IMG/VR virus record: IMGVR_UViG_3300030330_001825
Location: 1 to 42,715 of that record
Origin: a virus
Lineage: Duplodnaviria > Caudoviricetes
Reading direction: 5' to 3' (one strand)
Length of the DNA: 42,715 bases
Shown: positions 17,449-25,641 of the stretch, in pieces
How positions within the stretch are numbered: position 1 is the stretch's first letter
How the letters are laid out: each line of letters starts with the position of its first letter
Made by a program: the position numbers and the translations under genes
The notes under the pieces: model-generated
Databases searched by the model: none
Told to the model about the DNA's origin: nothing
What the model saw: only the letters and a program-made list of their open reading frames with translations

Positions 17449-17833
17449 GGTTGCAGTTCTAGAAGCAAAATTAGAAAACTTTGAGACCTTGGTCTCTAGG
17501 TTAGACTCTGCTATAGAGAAAATTGCAGAGGTAAATAATAATGTGTCTAGGATGTTGGCAGTCCATGAACAACGAATTTCTAAGCAAGAAGAGATCGACG
17601 AGATATTGTTTGATAAGATCGACAAACTCCGTGATAAAATGGACAGCGATCATGACAGCGTTAGTCAACGATTATCATTATTGGAGCGGAAACTTTGGAT
17701 TGGCATCGGAGCACTGGGAGCAGTACTGATAATCACTAATCCACAATCCATCAAGATGATCAAACCATTGCTTTCGTCAGCAGAAAGTGCTATAGTGCGA
17801 CCAGTGGTAGCGTCTGTGAATGAATCACGTTGA
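17432..17833 (+). CDS. Coiled-coil protein with C-terminal transmembrane helix
   Basis: Heptad-rich region followed by LWIGIGALGAVLIIT. Confidence 0.75.
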   Translation: MEEEVKVAVLEAKLENFETLVSRLDSAIEKIAEVNNNVSRMLAVHEQRISKQEEIDEILFDKIDKLRDKMDSDHDSVSQRLSLLERKLWIGIGALGAVLIITNPQSIKMIKPLLSSAESAIVRPVVASVNESR

Positions 17834-18788
17834 TTCAAAGTTTATTGGTTATCTTTCTGCGAAACTAGAACGTTTTAAGAAAGTAAAATCAAACCTTTAT
17901 AATTTTAGATGCCCCATTTGTGGCGACTCACAAAAGAATAAGTCGAAGACTAGAGGATATCTGTATGGAATGAAAGCAGATGTGAACTTTAAGTGCCATA
18001 ACTGTGGTGCTTCGATGACTCTTAGTAGTTTCATCAAGCATATAGATCCTGTCCTGCATAAGCAGTACGTTTTTGAGCGTTTCAAAGATGGTAAGACTGG
18101 CAGGGCAACTGTTGTAGAAGAACCAAAGTTTGAGTTTAAAGCACCTAAGTTTAAAAAGAAACTAAAACTTCCTAAAGCATCTGAAGATCCTAGTGCAGCA
18201 GGATACCTTACAGCAAGGAAACTTGATCCAGATAACTTTTATTATGCTAAGAAGTTTAAAAAGTTTGCTAACAGTCTTAAACCGACTTTTGAGAGTGAAG
18301 CGTATGATGAAGAACGTATCATCATCCCGCTTTATTATGAAAAGAACTTAATTGGGTTCCAGGGAAGATCTCTGGGTCCTAGCAAGGTTAAATACATTAC
18401 CGTGATGCTTGACGATGACGCACCAAAAATCTACGGATTGGATAACATCAGAAGAGATGCTCCAGTCTACATTACAGAAGGACCTTTCGACAGCACATTC
18501 ATTCGCAACGCGATTGCTATGTGCGGAGCTGATGCTGATATCAGTCGTTGGGGGATTAGCAATCCTGTGTGGATTTATGATAACGAACCCCGCAACAGAG
18601 AAATTACAAACCGAATATCTAAAACCATCGATTCTGGTCAGTCGGTAGTTATTTGGCCAGACAGCATCGATGATAAGGATATAAATGATATGGTGATGTC
18701 TGGACTGGATGTGCAGTCTGTGATAGAATTAAACACATACTCTGGCTTAGAAGCAAAACTTAAATTCAACACTTGGAAGAAAATATGA
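17820..18788 (+). CDS. gp61: DNA primase (T4 gp61-like)
   Basis: Zn motif CPICGD...KCHNCG; TOPRIM ITEGPFDS, YDNEPRN, KDINDM. Confidence 0.97.
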   Translation: MNHVDSKFIGYLSAKLERFKKVKSNLYNFRCPICGDSQKNKSKTRGYLYGMKADVNFKCHNCGASMTLSSFIKHIDPVLHKQYVFERFKDGKTGRATVVEEPKFEFKAPKFKKKLKLPKASEDPSAAGYLTARKLDPDNFYYAKKFKKFANSLKPTFESEAYDEERIIIPLYYEKNLIGFQGRSLGPSKVKYITVMLDDDAPKIYGLDNIRRDAPVYITEGPFDSTFIRNAIAMCGADADISRWGISNPVWIYDNEPRNREITNRISKTIDSGQSVVIWPDSIDDKDINDMVMSGLDVQSVIELNTYSGLEAKLKFNTWKKI

Positions 18789-21082
18789 GCAACGGTATTA
18801 AGGTAACGAAAAGAGATGGGAGAATTGAATCTCTTGACCTAGAAAAGATGCATCTCATGGTTGACGAGGCGTGTACGGGTCTTGCAGGGGTGTCTGCAAG
18901 TCAAGTTGAGATGAAGTCTGGTATTCAGTTCTATGATGGCATCACAACCGAAGAGATCCAGGAAATCCTAATTAAGGCAGCTAGTGACCTGATTGATTTG
19001 GATTGTCCTAACTATCAGTTTGTTGCTGCTAGGTTGCTCCTGTTTGCTCTCCGTAAGAGTCTCTATGGAAAGATGAGAGAACTACCTCATCTTGAGAAGC
19101 ACATTATGGACTGTACTGCTAAGGATGTTTATGATAAAGACATCTTTAACAAATACTCCAAGGAAGAGATTGCAAAAGCGAATGGGTTCATTGATCATGA
19201 TCGTGATTTCCTGTTCACTTATGCTGGTTTGAGGCAAGTTGTAGATAAATACTTAGTACAGGACAGAAGTAGTGGCGGTGTCTATGAGACGCCACAGTTC
19301 ATGTATATCATGATTGCCCTGACAATTTTTGCAGAGTATCCAAAAGATACTCGCATGTCATACGTAAAGAGGTACTATGACGCAATCTCCAAACACAGAC
19401 TCAACATTCCCACACCTATCATGGCGGGAGTGCGAACTCCACTTCGACAATTTGCTAGCTGTGTTCTTGTTGATGTTGATGACACCCTCGATAGTATCTT
19501 TAGCTCTGATATGGCAATTGGCAAATACGTTGCACAAAGAGCGGGAATCGGTATCAACGCGGGTAGAATCCGTGGCATCAACAGTAAAATCAGAGGCGGA
19601 GAAGTTCAACACACAGGTGTTGTACCTTTCCTTAAAAAGTTTGAATCGACTGTCCGCTGCTGTACACAAAATGGAATTCGAGGTGGCTCAGCGACTGTCC
19701 ACTTCCCAATCTGGCACCAAGAAATAGAAGACATCATTGTTCTCAAGAACAACAAAGGCACAGAAGACAATAGGGTTCGCAAACTTGACTACTCCATCCA
19801 GATTTCAAAACTTTTCTACGAACGTTTCATTGCGGATGGAGAAGTTAGCTTATTCTCACCGCATGACGTACCAGGTCTGTATGATGCTTTTGGTACTGAT
19901 TCATTTGACGATCTCTATGTGGGTTATGAATCAGATGAGTCTATTCCAAGAAAGACTATCGGAGCACAGAAACTCATTCTGGACCTCCTGAAGGAGAGAG
20001 CAGAGACTGGTCGTGTCTACATCATGAACATTGACCATTGCAACTCTCACTCTTCATTTAAGGATAAAGTGAATATGAGTAATCTCTGCCAGGAGATCAC
20101 TCTGCCTACAGATCCTATTAACCATATCGATGATGAGTATGGTGAGATTGCTCTGTGTATTCTTTCCGCAGTAAACGTTGGCAAGATTCGTTCTGATGAA
20201 GAATTGGAAGATCTTTGTGATCTTGCTGTTCGTGGACTTGAGGAGTTGATTGACTATCAAGAGTATCCTGTGAAGGCAGCAGAACGCGCTACAAAGGCAC
20301 GTAGATCCCTTGGAGTAGGTTTTATCGGTCTGGCACATTATCTTGCTAAACTGGGGTATAAGTATGACTCCCAAGAGGCATGGGATGCAGTTCACGGTCT
20401 TACCGAAGCATTCCAGTTCTACCTTCTGAAATCATCCAATGAACTTGCTAAAGAGAAAGGATGGTGCTCTGATTTTGGCCGAACAAAATATGCTGATGGA
20501 ATTCTGCCGATTGATACATACAAGAAGGATGTAGATGAAATCACTAGTCAGGGGTACGAGCATGATTGGGAGTCTCTTAGAGCATCTATCTTGGAGCACG
20601 GATTGCGACACAGCACTCTGTCCGCACAAATGCCTTCGGAGAGCAGTTCCGTTGTGTCAAATGCAACAAATGGAATCGAACCTCCTAGAGACTACTTGTC
20701 CGTTAAGAAGTCAAAGAAAGGGCCTCTTAAGCAGATTGTTCCATCGTATGGAACTTTGAAAAACAACTACACCCTGTTGTGGGAAATGCCTGACAACAAA
20801 GGTTACATTAATGTAGTCTCTGTTATGCAAAAATTCTTTGATCAGGCAATCAGTGGTAACTGGTCGTATAATCCAGAACACTTTGATGACAATGAGGTCC
20901 CAGTCTCTCAAATGGCAAATGACCTTTTGACTACATATAAGTACGGTTGGAAAACCAGTTATTATCAAAATACAAATGACTTAAAATCCGATGAGGTAGA
21001 AGAAGAAAAACCAAACATCGAAAACCTGTTAACCGAATTAGAACAAGCCGAGGAGGGAGAGTGTGAATCCTGTGCAGTTTAA
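18785..21082 (+). CDS. nrdA: Ribonucleotide reductase class I alpha subunit
   Basis: ATP cone VTKRDG, PTPIMAG, FASCVL, SNLCQEI, C-terminal CESC. Confidence 0.99.
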   Translation: MSNGIKVTKRDGRIESLDLEKMHLMVDEACTGLAGVSASQVEMKSGIQFYDGITTEEIQEILIKAASDLIDLDCPNYQFVAARLLLFALRKSLYGKMRELPHLEKHIMDCTAKDVYDKDIFNKYSKEEIAKANGFIDHDRDFLFTYAGLRQVVDKYLVQDRSSGGVYETPQFMYIMIALTIFAEYPKDTRMSYVKRYYDAISKHRLNIPTPIMAGVRTPLRQFASCVLVDVDDTLDSIFSSDMAIGKYVAQRAGIGINAGRIRGINSKIRGGEVQHTGVVPFLKKFESTVRCCTQNGIRGGSATVHFPIWHQEIEDIIVLKNNKGTEDNRVRKLDYSIQISKLFYERFIADGEVSLFSPHDVPGLYDAFGTDSFDDLYVGYESDESIPRKTIGAQKLILDLLKERAETGRVYIMNIDHCNSHSSFKDKVNMSNLCQEITLPTDPINHIDDEYGEIALCILSAVNVGKIRSDEELEDLCDLAVRGLEELIDYQEYPVKAAERATKARRSLGVGFIGLAHYLAKLGYKYDSQEAWDAVHGLTEAFQFYLLKSSNELAKEKGWCSDFGRTKYADGILPIDTYKKDVDEITSQGYEHDWESLRASILEHGLRHSTLSAQMPSESSSVVSNATNGIEPPRDYLSVKKSKKGPLKQIVPSYGTLKNNYTLLWEMPDNKGYINVVSVMQKFFDQAISGNWSYNPEHFDDNEVPVSQMANDLLTTYKYGWKTSYYQNTNDLKSDEVEEEKPNIENLLTELEQAEEGECESCAV

Positions 21083-22256
21083 GATTTCTTCAGTAGAGGA
21101 CAACAACATGACTAAAGTTAAGGGCATGACAGTCTTTAACACTGAACAAGTTAATACTAAAAAACAACCAATGTTTTTCGGTCAACCTCTGGGGGTACAG
21201 AGGTATGACTCTTACAAATACCCAGTCTTCGATAAACTCACTACACAACAGTTGGGTTATTTCTGGAGACCAGAAGAAGTTTCACTGCAGAAAGATCGTG
21301 GGGATTATCACACGCTTCGTCCAGAACAAAAGCATATCTATACCTCTAACCTCAAGTACCAGATTATGCTTGACTCCATTCAAGGGCGTGGTCCTGGGAT
21401 GGCTTTTATTCCTTACTGCAGCCTACCTGAACTAGAGGCATGTATGGAGGTTTGGGGATTTATGGAAATGATCCATAGTCGCTCCTATACCTACATCATC
21501 AAGAACGTCTACAGCGACCCCTCTGAGGTCTTTGACAAGATCGTAACTGATGATCGCATCCTAGAGCGTGCTGCAAGCGTCACAGAGGCATACGATGACT
21601 TCATCGGTGGTGCTCAGCAGTATGGCAACAGCACCATGTGGGAACTTGCTGCTGAAGGTCATATGGCAGGTCAGTATGATCGACATGAACTAAAGCGTAA
21701 ACTTTATAGAGCAGTTGCTAATGTTAACATTCTAGAAGGTATCAGATTCTATGTTAGTTTCGCTTGCAGCTTTGCATTTGGCGAACTTAAACTTATGGAA
21801 GGATCCGCTAAAATTATCTCGCTTATCGCTAGAGATGAGAACCAGCACCTTGCAATCACTCAAAACATCCTCAATAAGTGGAAACAAGGTGATGATCCAG
21901 AAATGAAGCAAATTATGAAGGAAGAGGAAGAGTGGACCTACAAGGCATTTGATAATGCTGTGAATGAGGAGAAGCGTTGGGCAGACTACCTGTTTAAGGA
22001 TGGATCTATGATTGGTCTGAATGATAAACTGCTTCAGCAATATGTTGAGTGGATTGCTAATCGCCGTCTCAAGGCAATTGGACTTACTCCTCAGTATGAT
22101 ATTGCTGCTAAGAACAATCCACTGCCCTGGACGCAGCATTGGATCTCCTCCAAAGGTCTTCAGGTTGCACCTCAAGAGACAGAAGTTGAGTCTTATGTGG
22201 TTGGTGGCATCAAGCAAGATGTGAAAAAGGACACATTCAGTGGTTTCCAACTCTGA
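21063..22256 (+). CDS. nrdB: Ribonucleotide reductase class I beta subunit
   Basis: FWRPEEV, LDSIQGR, EMIHSRSY, LEGIRFYVSF, RDENQH, VAPQETE; alternative start at ATG 21108. Confidence 0.98.
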   Translation: MNPVQFKISSVEDNNMTKVKGMTVFNTEQVNTKKQPMFFGQPLGVQRYDSYKYPVFDKLTTQQLGYFWRPEEVSLQKDRGDYHTLRPEQKHIYTSNLKYQIMLDSIQGRGPGMAFIPYCSLPELEACMEVWGFMEMIHSRSYTYIIKNVYSDPSEVFDKIVTDDRILERAASVTEAYDDFIGGAQQYGNSTMWELAAEGHMAGQYDRHELKRKLYRAVANVNILEGIRFYVSFACSFAFGELKLMEGSAKIISLIARDENQHLAITQNILNKWKQGDDPEMKQIMKEEEEWTYKAFDNAVNEEKRWADYLFKDGSMIGLNDKLLQQYVEWIANRRLKAIGLTPQYDIAAKNNPLPWTQHWISSKGLQVAPQETEVESYVVGGIKQDVKKDTFSGFQL

Positions 22257-22292
22257 TTAGTGCTATACATAGGGGGAGTAGCATCTCCCTCT

Positions 22293-22454
22293 ATGCCACG
22301 AAACGAAATTTCCGCAATGGAATTCAAGACAAGAGTTCTGAAAATAAAGAACGAACTCTTTTGGGAAGAACACCAATACGGTGAAGAAGCACGGGGTCTA
22401 GCACATAAATATCTCAATATGGTGCTGGACGCAATTGATGAATATCGATTATGA
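22293..22454 (+). CDS. Hypothetical protein
   Basis: MPRNEISAMEFKTRVLKIKNEL...AHKYLNMVLDAIDEYR; upstream GGGGAG lies in a small hairpin. Confidence 0.6.
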   Translation: MPRNEISAMEFKTRVLKIKNELFWEEHQYGEEARGLAHKYLNMVLDAIDEYRL

Positions 22455-22872
22455 AAATCCATGGAGATACGGTGAGAGACCTTTTACTAGTGATGATATT
22501 CACGACTTTTATGGTTTTGTGTATAACATTACCAATCTCACGAACCAACGACAATACATTGGGCGAAAGTATTTTTGGTCTCATCGAAAACCTCCGGGAA
22601 AGAAACGCCGAGTAAAAAAAGAATCTGACTGGAAAAAGTATTATGGGTCTTGTCCGGAACTTAAAGAAGACATTGAACGACTGGGTAGACAAAATTTTAG
22701 TCGAACTATCTTGTCACTACATAAAACACCTGGCAAAACAAACTTCGAGGAAACAAGACAACTCTTCATCCATGGAGTCCTCACCGAATCCCTTGACACA
22801 GGGGGACCTGCATACTACAATAGCAACATCCTCAGCAGGTACTTCCGAAAAGACTATTATGATGGAGACTGA
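22438..22872 (+). CDS. GIY-YIG endonuclease
   Basis: YGFVYNITN...QYIGRK, WKKYYGS, FSRTIL, YYNSNI. Confidence 0.9.
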   Translation: MNIDYENPWRYGERPFTSDDIHDFYGFVYNITNLTNQRQYIGRKYFWSHRKPPGKKRRVKKESDWKKYYGSCPELKEDIERLGRQNFSRTILSLHKTPGKTNFEETRQLFIHGVLTESLDTGGPAYYNSNILSRYFRKDYYDGD

Positions 22873-23077
22873 AGAAATCGTTGCTGACGTTCGACAGTGG
22901 GCAATCGACAAAGTTCAAGAGTACAATGGAAAGGGTATTGAACGAATCTATGATCAAATGGCACTCATGGCAGAATTTGATGAATGGTTCGATCCTCAAG
23001 AAGATTTAGAAGTTATCTCCCTTGACGAAATCAACAAAGACCAGTATGATGACTTTGTTGATCACATGAAACAGTAA
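22862..23077 (+). CDS. Acidic hypothetical protein
   Basis: METEEIVADVRQWAIDKV...EFDEWFDP; possible promoter TTGACA(22793)-N17-TACAAT upstream. Confidence 0.7.
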   Translation: METEEIVADVRQWAIDKVQEYNGKGIERIYDQMALMAEFDEWFDPQEDLEVISLDEINKDQYDDFVDHMKQ

Positions 23078-23079
23078 TC

Positions 23080-23132
23080 AACTGCGGCATTCCCCTTGGT
23101 GGTTCAGGAGTGGCGGCGATAGGAACCACCAC
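23080..23132 (+). ncRNA. Structured element upstream of tRNA-Arg (possible pseudoknot)
   Basis: TGGTGGTTC/GAACCACCA stem; loop AGGAGTG is complementary to upstream CATTCC; possible promoter TTGACG(23022)-N17-TATGAT. Confidence 0.4.
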
Positions 23133-23134
23133 AT

Positions 23135-23206
23135 GGGCCCATAGTTAAGTGGATATAACCCCCGCCTTCTAAGCGGTTGTCCCAGGTTCGAGTCCTGGTG
23201 GGCCTG
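23135..23206 (+). tRNA. trnR: tRNA-Arg(UCU)
   Basis: CCGC-CTTCTAA-GCGG anticodon arm; GGTTCGAGTCC. Confidence 0.95.
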
Positions 23207-23241
23207 TTGACAATTATACGTCCACCATGTTATAATTGTCA
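23207..23241 (+). promoter_or_regulatory. Sigma70 promoter inside an 11-bp inverted repeat
   Basis: TTGACA-N18-TATAAT; TGACAATTATA...TATAATTGTCA. Confidence 0.7.
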
Positions 23242-23295
23242 CTTGGGCATTGGGAGAGACCACCACCACCTCTTCTCCCATGTAAGACCCGACCT

Positions 23296-23366
23296 GCGGG
23301 TGTGGTGTAGCGGTAACATGCGAGCCTTCCAAGCTCTTGTCACGGGTTCGATCCCCGTCACCCGCT
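23296..23366 (+). tRNA. trnG: tRNA-Gly(UCC)
   Basis: GCGGGTG/CACCCGC acceptor; GAGC-CTTCCAA-GCTC; U73. Confidence 0.95.
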
Positions 23367-23387
23367 TTCCCTTCGGGGAGTACATAT

Positions 23388-23460
23388 TCCTCTATAGCTC
23401 AGTTGGTAGAGCAGGTGACTGTTAATCACCCTGTCCCTGGTTCGAGTCCAGGTGGAGGAG
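23388..23460 (+). tRNA. trnN: tRNA-Asn(GUU)
   Basis: TCCTCTA/TGGAGGA acceptor; GGTGA-CTGTTAA-TCACC. Confidence 0.95.
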
Positions 23461-23464
23461 CCTC

Positions 23465-23536
23465 GCTTGCTTAGCTCAGAGGTAGAGCATCTCGTTTACA
23501 CCGAGGCGGTCGGCGGTTCGATCCCGTCAGCAAGCA
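23465..23536 (+). tRNA. trnV: tRNA-Val(UAC)
   Basis: GCTTGCT/AGCAAGC acceptor; CTCG-TTTACAC-CGAG. Confidence 0.95.
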
Positions 23537-23562
23537 TTACCCCCCTAGGAGGCCCATGAACC

Positions 23563-23811
23563 ATGATTACCGTAAGGTGCAAAGAATGTGGAAAGGAGTT
23601 GACATCCACTAGTAAGGTGCAATTCTGTGGTTGTCCCAATCAAATGAGAGTTGTGGACAATAAAGTAGGTGCTGTTGATTTGGATAAAGTCGTAATGGTA
23701 TCTAATAACGTAGAGAATAAGATTGATAGTCATTTCTCTAGATCGGAACTTCTTTATCAAGAAGAACGTCGTAGACGTAAGGTAAAGAGATTGGACTTTG
23801 AAGTTCGTTGA
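23563..23811 (+). CDS. Small zinc-ribbon protein
   Basis: CKEC...CGCPN; GGAGG RBS; basic C-terminus. Confidence 0.75.
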   Translation: MITVRCKECGKELTSTSKVQFCGCPNQMRVVDNKVGAVDLDKVVMVSNNVENKIDSHFSRSELLYQEERRRRKVKRLDFEVR

Positions 23812-23816
23812 CACCT

Positions 23817-23901
23817 GGAGAGGTGGTCGAGTGGTTTATGGCACTGGTCTTGAAAACCAGCGATGTGCAAGCATCCGTGGGTTCAAATCCCACCCTCTCC
23901 G
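23817..23901 (+). tRNA. trnS: tRNA-Ser(UGA)
   Basis: GGAGAGG/CCTCTCC acceptor; CTGGT-CTTGAAA-ACCAG; long variable arm GATG-tgcaag-CATC. Confidence 0.95.
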
Positions 23902-23963
23902 TTTTCTTTAGAAAGTATTAAGAGATTTTGTATCATCTATATACACTTATATGGAGATCACAA

Positions 23964-24194
23964 ATGACCCTCTTTTATTTTCTAATGCTAACATTTGTTG
24001 CATTAGTTACCTTTGCAGGGTATGATGCTACCATGAGATTAGTTCAGTTCATAGATCTCCAGATCCGTTATGCAGGAATAAGAGTTCAAATGAAGTGGAT
24101 GGAGCAGAAACTTAGGAGAAGACTTCTTAAGGATACTGCGGACTACCGACAACTACTCACGGAGCACAAAAAGAATGACCTCACTAGAGACTAG
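23964..24194 (+). CDS. Hypothetical membrane protein
   Basis: GGAG RBS; hydrophobic N-terminal helix. Confidence 0.7.
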   Translation: MTLFYFLMLTFVALVTFAGYDATMRLVQFIDLQIRYAGIRVQMKWMEQKLRRRLLKDTADYRQLLTEHKKNDLTRD

Positions 24195-24408
24195 AGAGTG
24201 TCCAAAATGTCAGGCAACCTGGATAGGTGGCCAACACTACTGGTATACCGGCAAGAAAGGGAACGAATTAGATCTTGCTGGACTAGTATGTAACAATCAT
24301 GGTGATGAAACCTGCATAAATCCTTGCATGGGTATGGAAGGTGGAGTAACATGGGAAGACCGATTGGTCAGTTTAGGGAAATTAGAAGATGAGTCACAGG
24401 ATGGATGA
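24175..24408 (+). CDS. Cys-rich hypothetical protein
   Basis: CPKC...LDLAGLVCNNHGDETCINPC. Confidence 0.75.
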   Translation: MTSLETRECPKCQATWIGGQHYWYTGKKGNELDLAGLVCNNHGDETCINPCMGMEGGVTWEDRLVSLGKLEDESQDG

Positions 24409-24604
24409 GATCAAACCTGCTCATCATGTCACTCGTGAAGAGTGTCAGGAGATGATTGATGATGCCATACGCAAACATAACCGTAATGCTGGTATCATCA
24501 GTATGTTTGTTGGGTTTTTCATTTTAGGACTCTTCTCTGAAGGTCTTCTCAGACTTATAGGAGCAATACCTCCGATATTCCCATGGATGGACATACACCT
24601 GTAA
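24389..24604 (+). CDS. Small membrane protein
   Basis: CQEMIDDAIRKHNRNA followed by a hydrophobic helix. Confidence 0.75.
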   Translation: MSHRMDEIKPAHHVTREECQEMIDDAIRKHNRNAGIISMFVGFFILGLFSEGLLRLIGAIPPIFPWMDIHL

Positions 24605-24768
24605 TAGAATGGATCGGAATAATTCTTGCCCTGATATTTGGTGTGACCATGTTTTGTCAAGGTCATGCCATATTTCATGGTAAGCATGGGTATAGACATA
24701 CCGAAAGAGAGAAGAAGAAATCAGAGAATACAAGAAAGCAGATTGAGGACTTGCTGAAAGACAAGTGA
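24583..24768 (+). CDS. Small membrane protein
   Basis: Transmembrane helix then QGHAIFHGKHGY and a basic tail. Confidence 0.7.
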   Translation: MDGHTPVIEWIGIILALIFGVTMFCQGHAIFHGKHGYRHTEREKKKSENTRKQIEDLLKDK

Positions 24769-24779
24769 TCTGCTATAAT
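24751..24779 (+). promoter_or_regulatory. Sigma70 promoter (extended -10)
   Basis: TTGCTG-N17-TATAAT with TGnTATAAT at 24771. Confidence 0.65.
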
Positions 24780-24785
24780 TAGTAC

Positions 24786-24960
24786 AGCGAGGACTTGAGA
24801 CGTTCCAACCAAAGGTGCCCAGCGGTTCGGATATACCGAAACCCGGTAGTTGGGAATTAACCCCCTTTGGATGTTCGCGTGGTTCGCGTCCTACTCCGGT
24901 GTATACTGTCAGTATGTTGGGTGTAGCGCCCACATAGCATACGGATAAGTGCATCGTCAA
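24786..24960 (+). ncRNA. Large structured RNA, probably manA RNA motif
   Basis: Multiple stems (CCAAAGG/CCTTTGG, TTCGG/CCGAA, CCCAGC/GTTGGG, GTATG/CATAC, TGGGTG/CGCCCA); abuts a tRNA and lies upstream of a mannose-6-P isomerase gene, the context described for manA RNAs. Family assignment is from context only. Confidence 0.6.
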
Positions 24961-25034
24961 CGGGGTGTAGCTCAGTTTGGTAGAGCACTCGCTTTGGGAG
25001 CGAGTGGCCGAAGGTTCAAATCCTTTCACCCCGA
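24961..25034 (+). tRNA. trnP: tRNA-Pro(UGG)
   Basis: CGGGGTG/CACCCCG acceptor; CTCGC-TTTGGGA-GCGAG. Confidence 0.95.
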
Positions 25035-25054
25035 TTTGCATACATACTACAACT

Positions 25055-25225
25055 ATGCACTTTTATTCTGTGGAATACTGGCAAGAGAACTGGGAAACTT
25101 TGATGGACAGAGTAGAGAACGGAGAGACAATAGGTGTGGAGAATGAAAACGGAGATAGAGCAGTGATGGTTCCAGCGGATGATGAACTCATACGCTTATA
25201 CACAGACCACAATGAAGGATCCTGA
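25055..25225 (+). CDS. Small protein resembling a Phd/YefM antitoxin N-domain
   Basis: YSVEYWQENWETLMDRVENGETIGVENENGDRAVMVP. Confidence 0.55.
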   Translation: MHFYSVEYWQENWETLMDRVENGETIGVENENGDRAVMVPADDELIRLYTDHNEGS

Positions 25226-25297
25226 GGGACTGTCGCCTAACGGTTAAGGCCCACTGCTTATAACGGTGTGACCTGGGTTCAACTCCCAGCAGTCCTA
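25226..25297 (+). tRNA. trnI: tRNA-Ile(UAU)
   Basis: GGGACTG/CAGTCCT acceptor; CACTG-CTTATAA-CGGTG; GGTTCAACTCC. Confidence 0.9.
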
Positions 25298-25301
25298 CCT
25301 T

Positions 25302-25374
25302 GGGGGATTAGCAATCTGGTGAATGCAGCAAACTCATAATTTGCCTAAGGCGAGTTCGATCCTCGCATCCCCTA
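25302..25374 (+). tRNA. trnM: tRNA-Met(CAU), elongator type (Ile2 not excluded)
   Basis: GGGGGAT/ATCCCCT acceptor; GCAAA-CTCATAA-TTTGC; lacks the initiator 3GC anticodon stem. Confidence 0.85.
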
Positions 25375-25403
25375 TTGACGGATTTCCGTCAAACCCTTAT
25401 AAT
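25375..25403 (+). promoter_or_regulatory. Sigma70 promoter with palindromic -35 region
   Basis: TTGACG-N17-TATAAT; TTGACGGA-tt-TCCGTCAA. Confidence 0.8.
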
Positions 25404-25425
25404 ACTAAGGTCAACACACAAGACA

Positions 25426-25641
25426 ATGACACTGACTAGTAAGTTCAAGAAAGACATTAGCACTCTTCGCGGTGCTGTAAACGGTGACTTCTTCCTGGAT
25501 GTGAAGAATCCGAAACTTCTCAAAAAGGTCCGTCGTTATTATGAGAACAATGGCGTCGTCTTCTCTGGCGATCCCCTTGATGATTATGATATTCTGATGG
25601 AGCAAGTTGCTGTCGATCTTGAGTCTGTGGAGGTAGCGTGA
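25426..25641 (+). CDS. Conserved cyanophage hypothetical protein
   Basis: LDVKNPKLLKKVRRYYENNGVVFSGDPLDDY. Confidence 0.8.
   Translation: MTLTSKFKKDISTLRGAVNGDFFLDVKNPKLLKKVRRYYENNGVVFSGDPLDDYDILMEQVAVDLESVEVA

Noticed and set aside
3289-22256. Inteins or group I introns in gp43, gp41, nrdA or nrdB
   Set aside because: Reading frames are continuous with ordinary lengths; no C/S...HN splice motifs or embedded endonuclease seen.
22438-22872. GIY-YIG gene as a mobile homing endonuclease
   Set aside because: It is only the catalytic domain with no NUMOD/HTH tail and has ordinary composition, more like a resident nuclease following nrdB.
23078-23425. ORFs 23177-23425 and 23078-23332 (also 24721-25041, 24949-25146)
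   Set aside because: They overlap clear tRNA genes or structured RNA.
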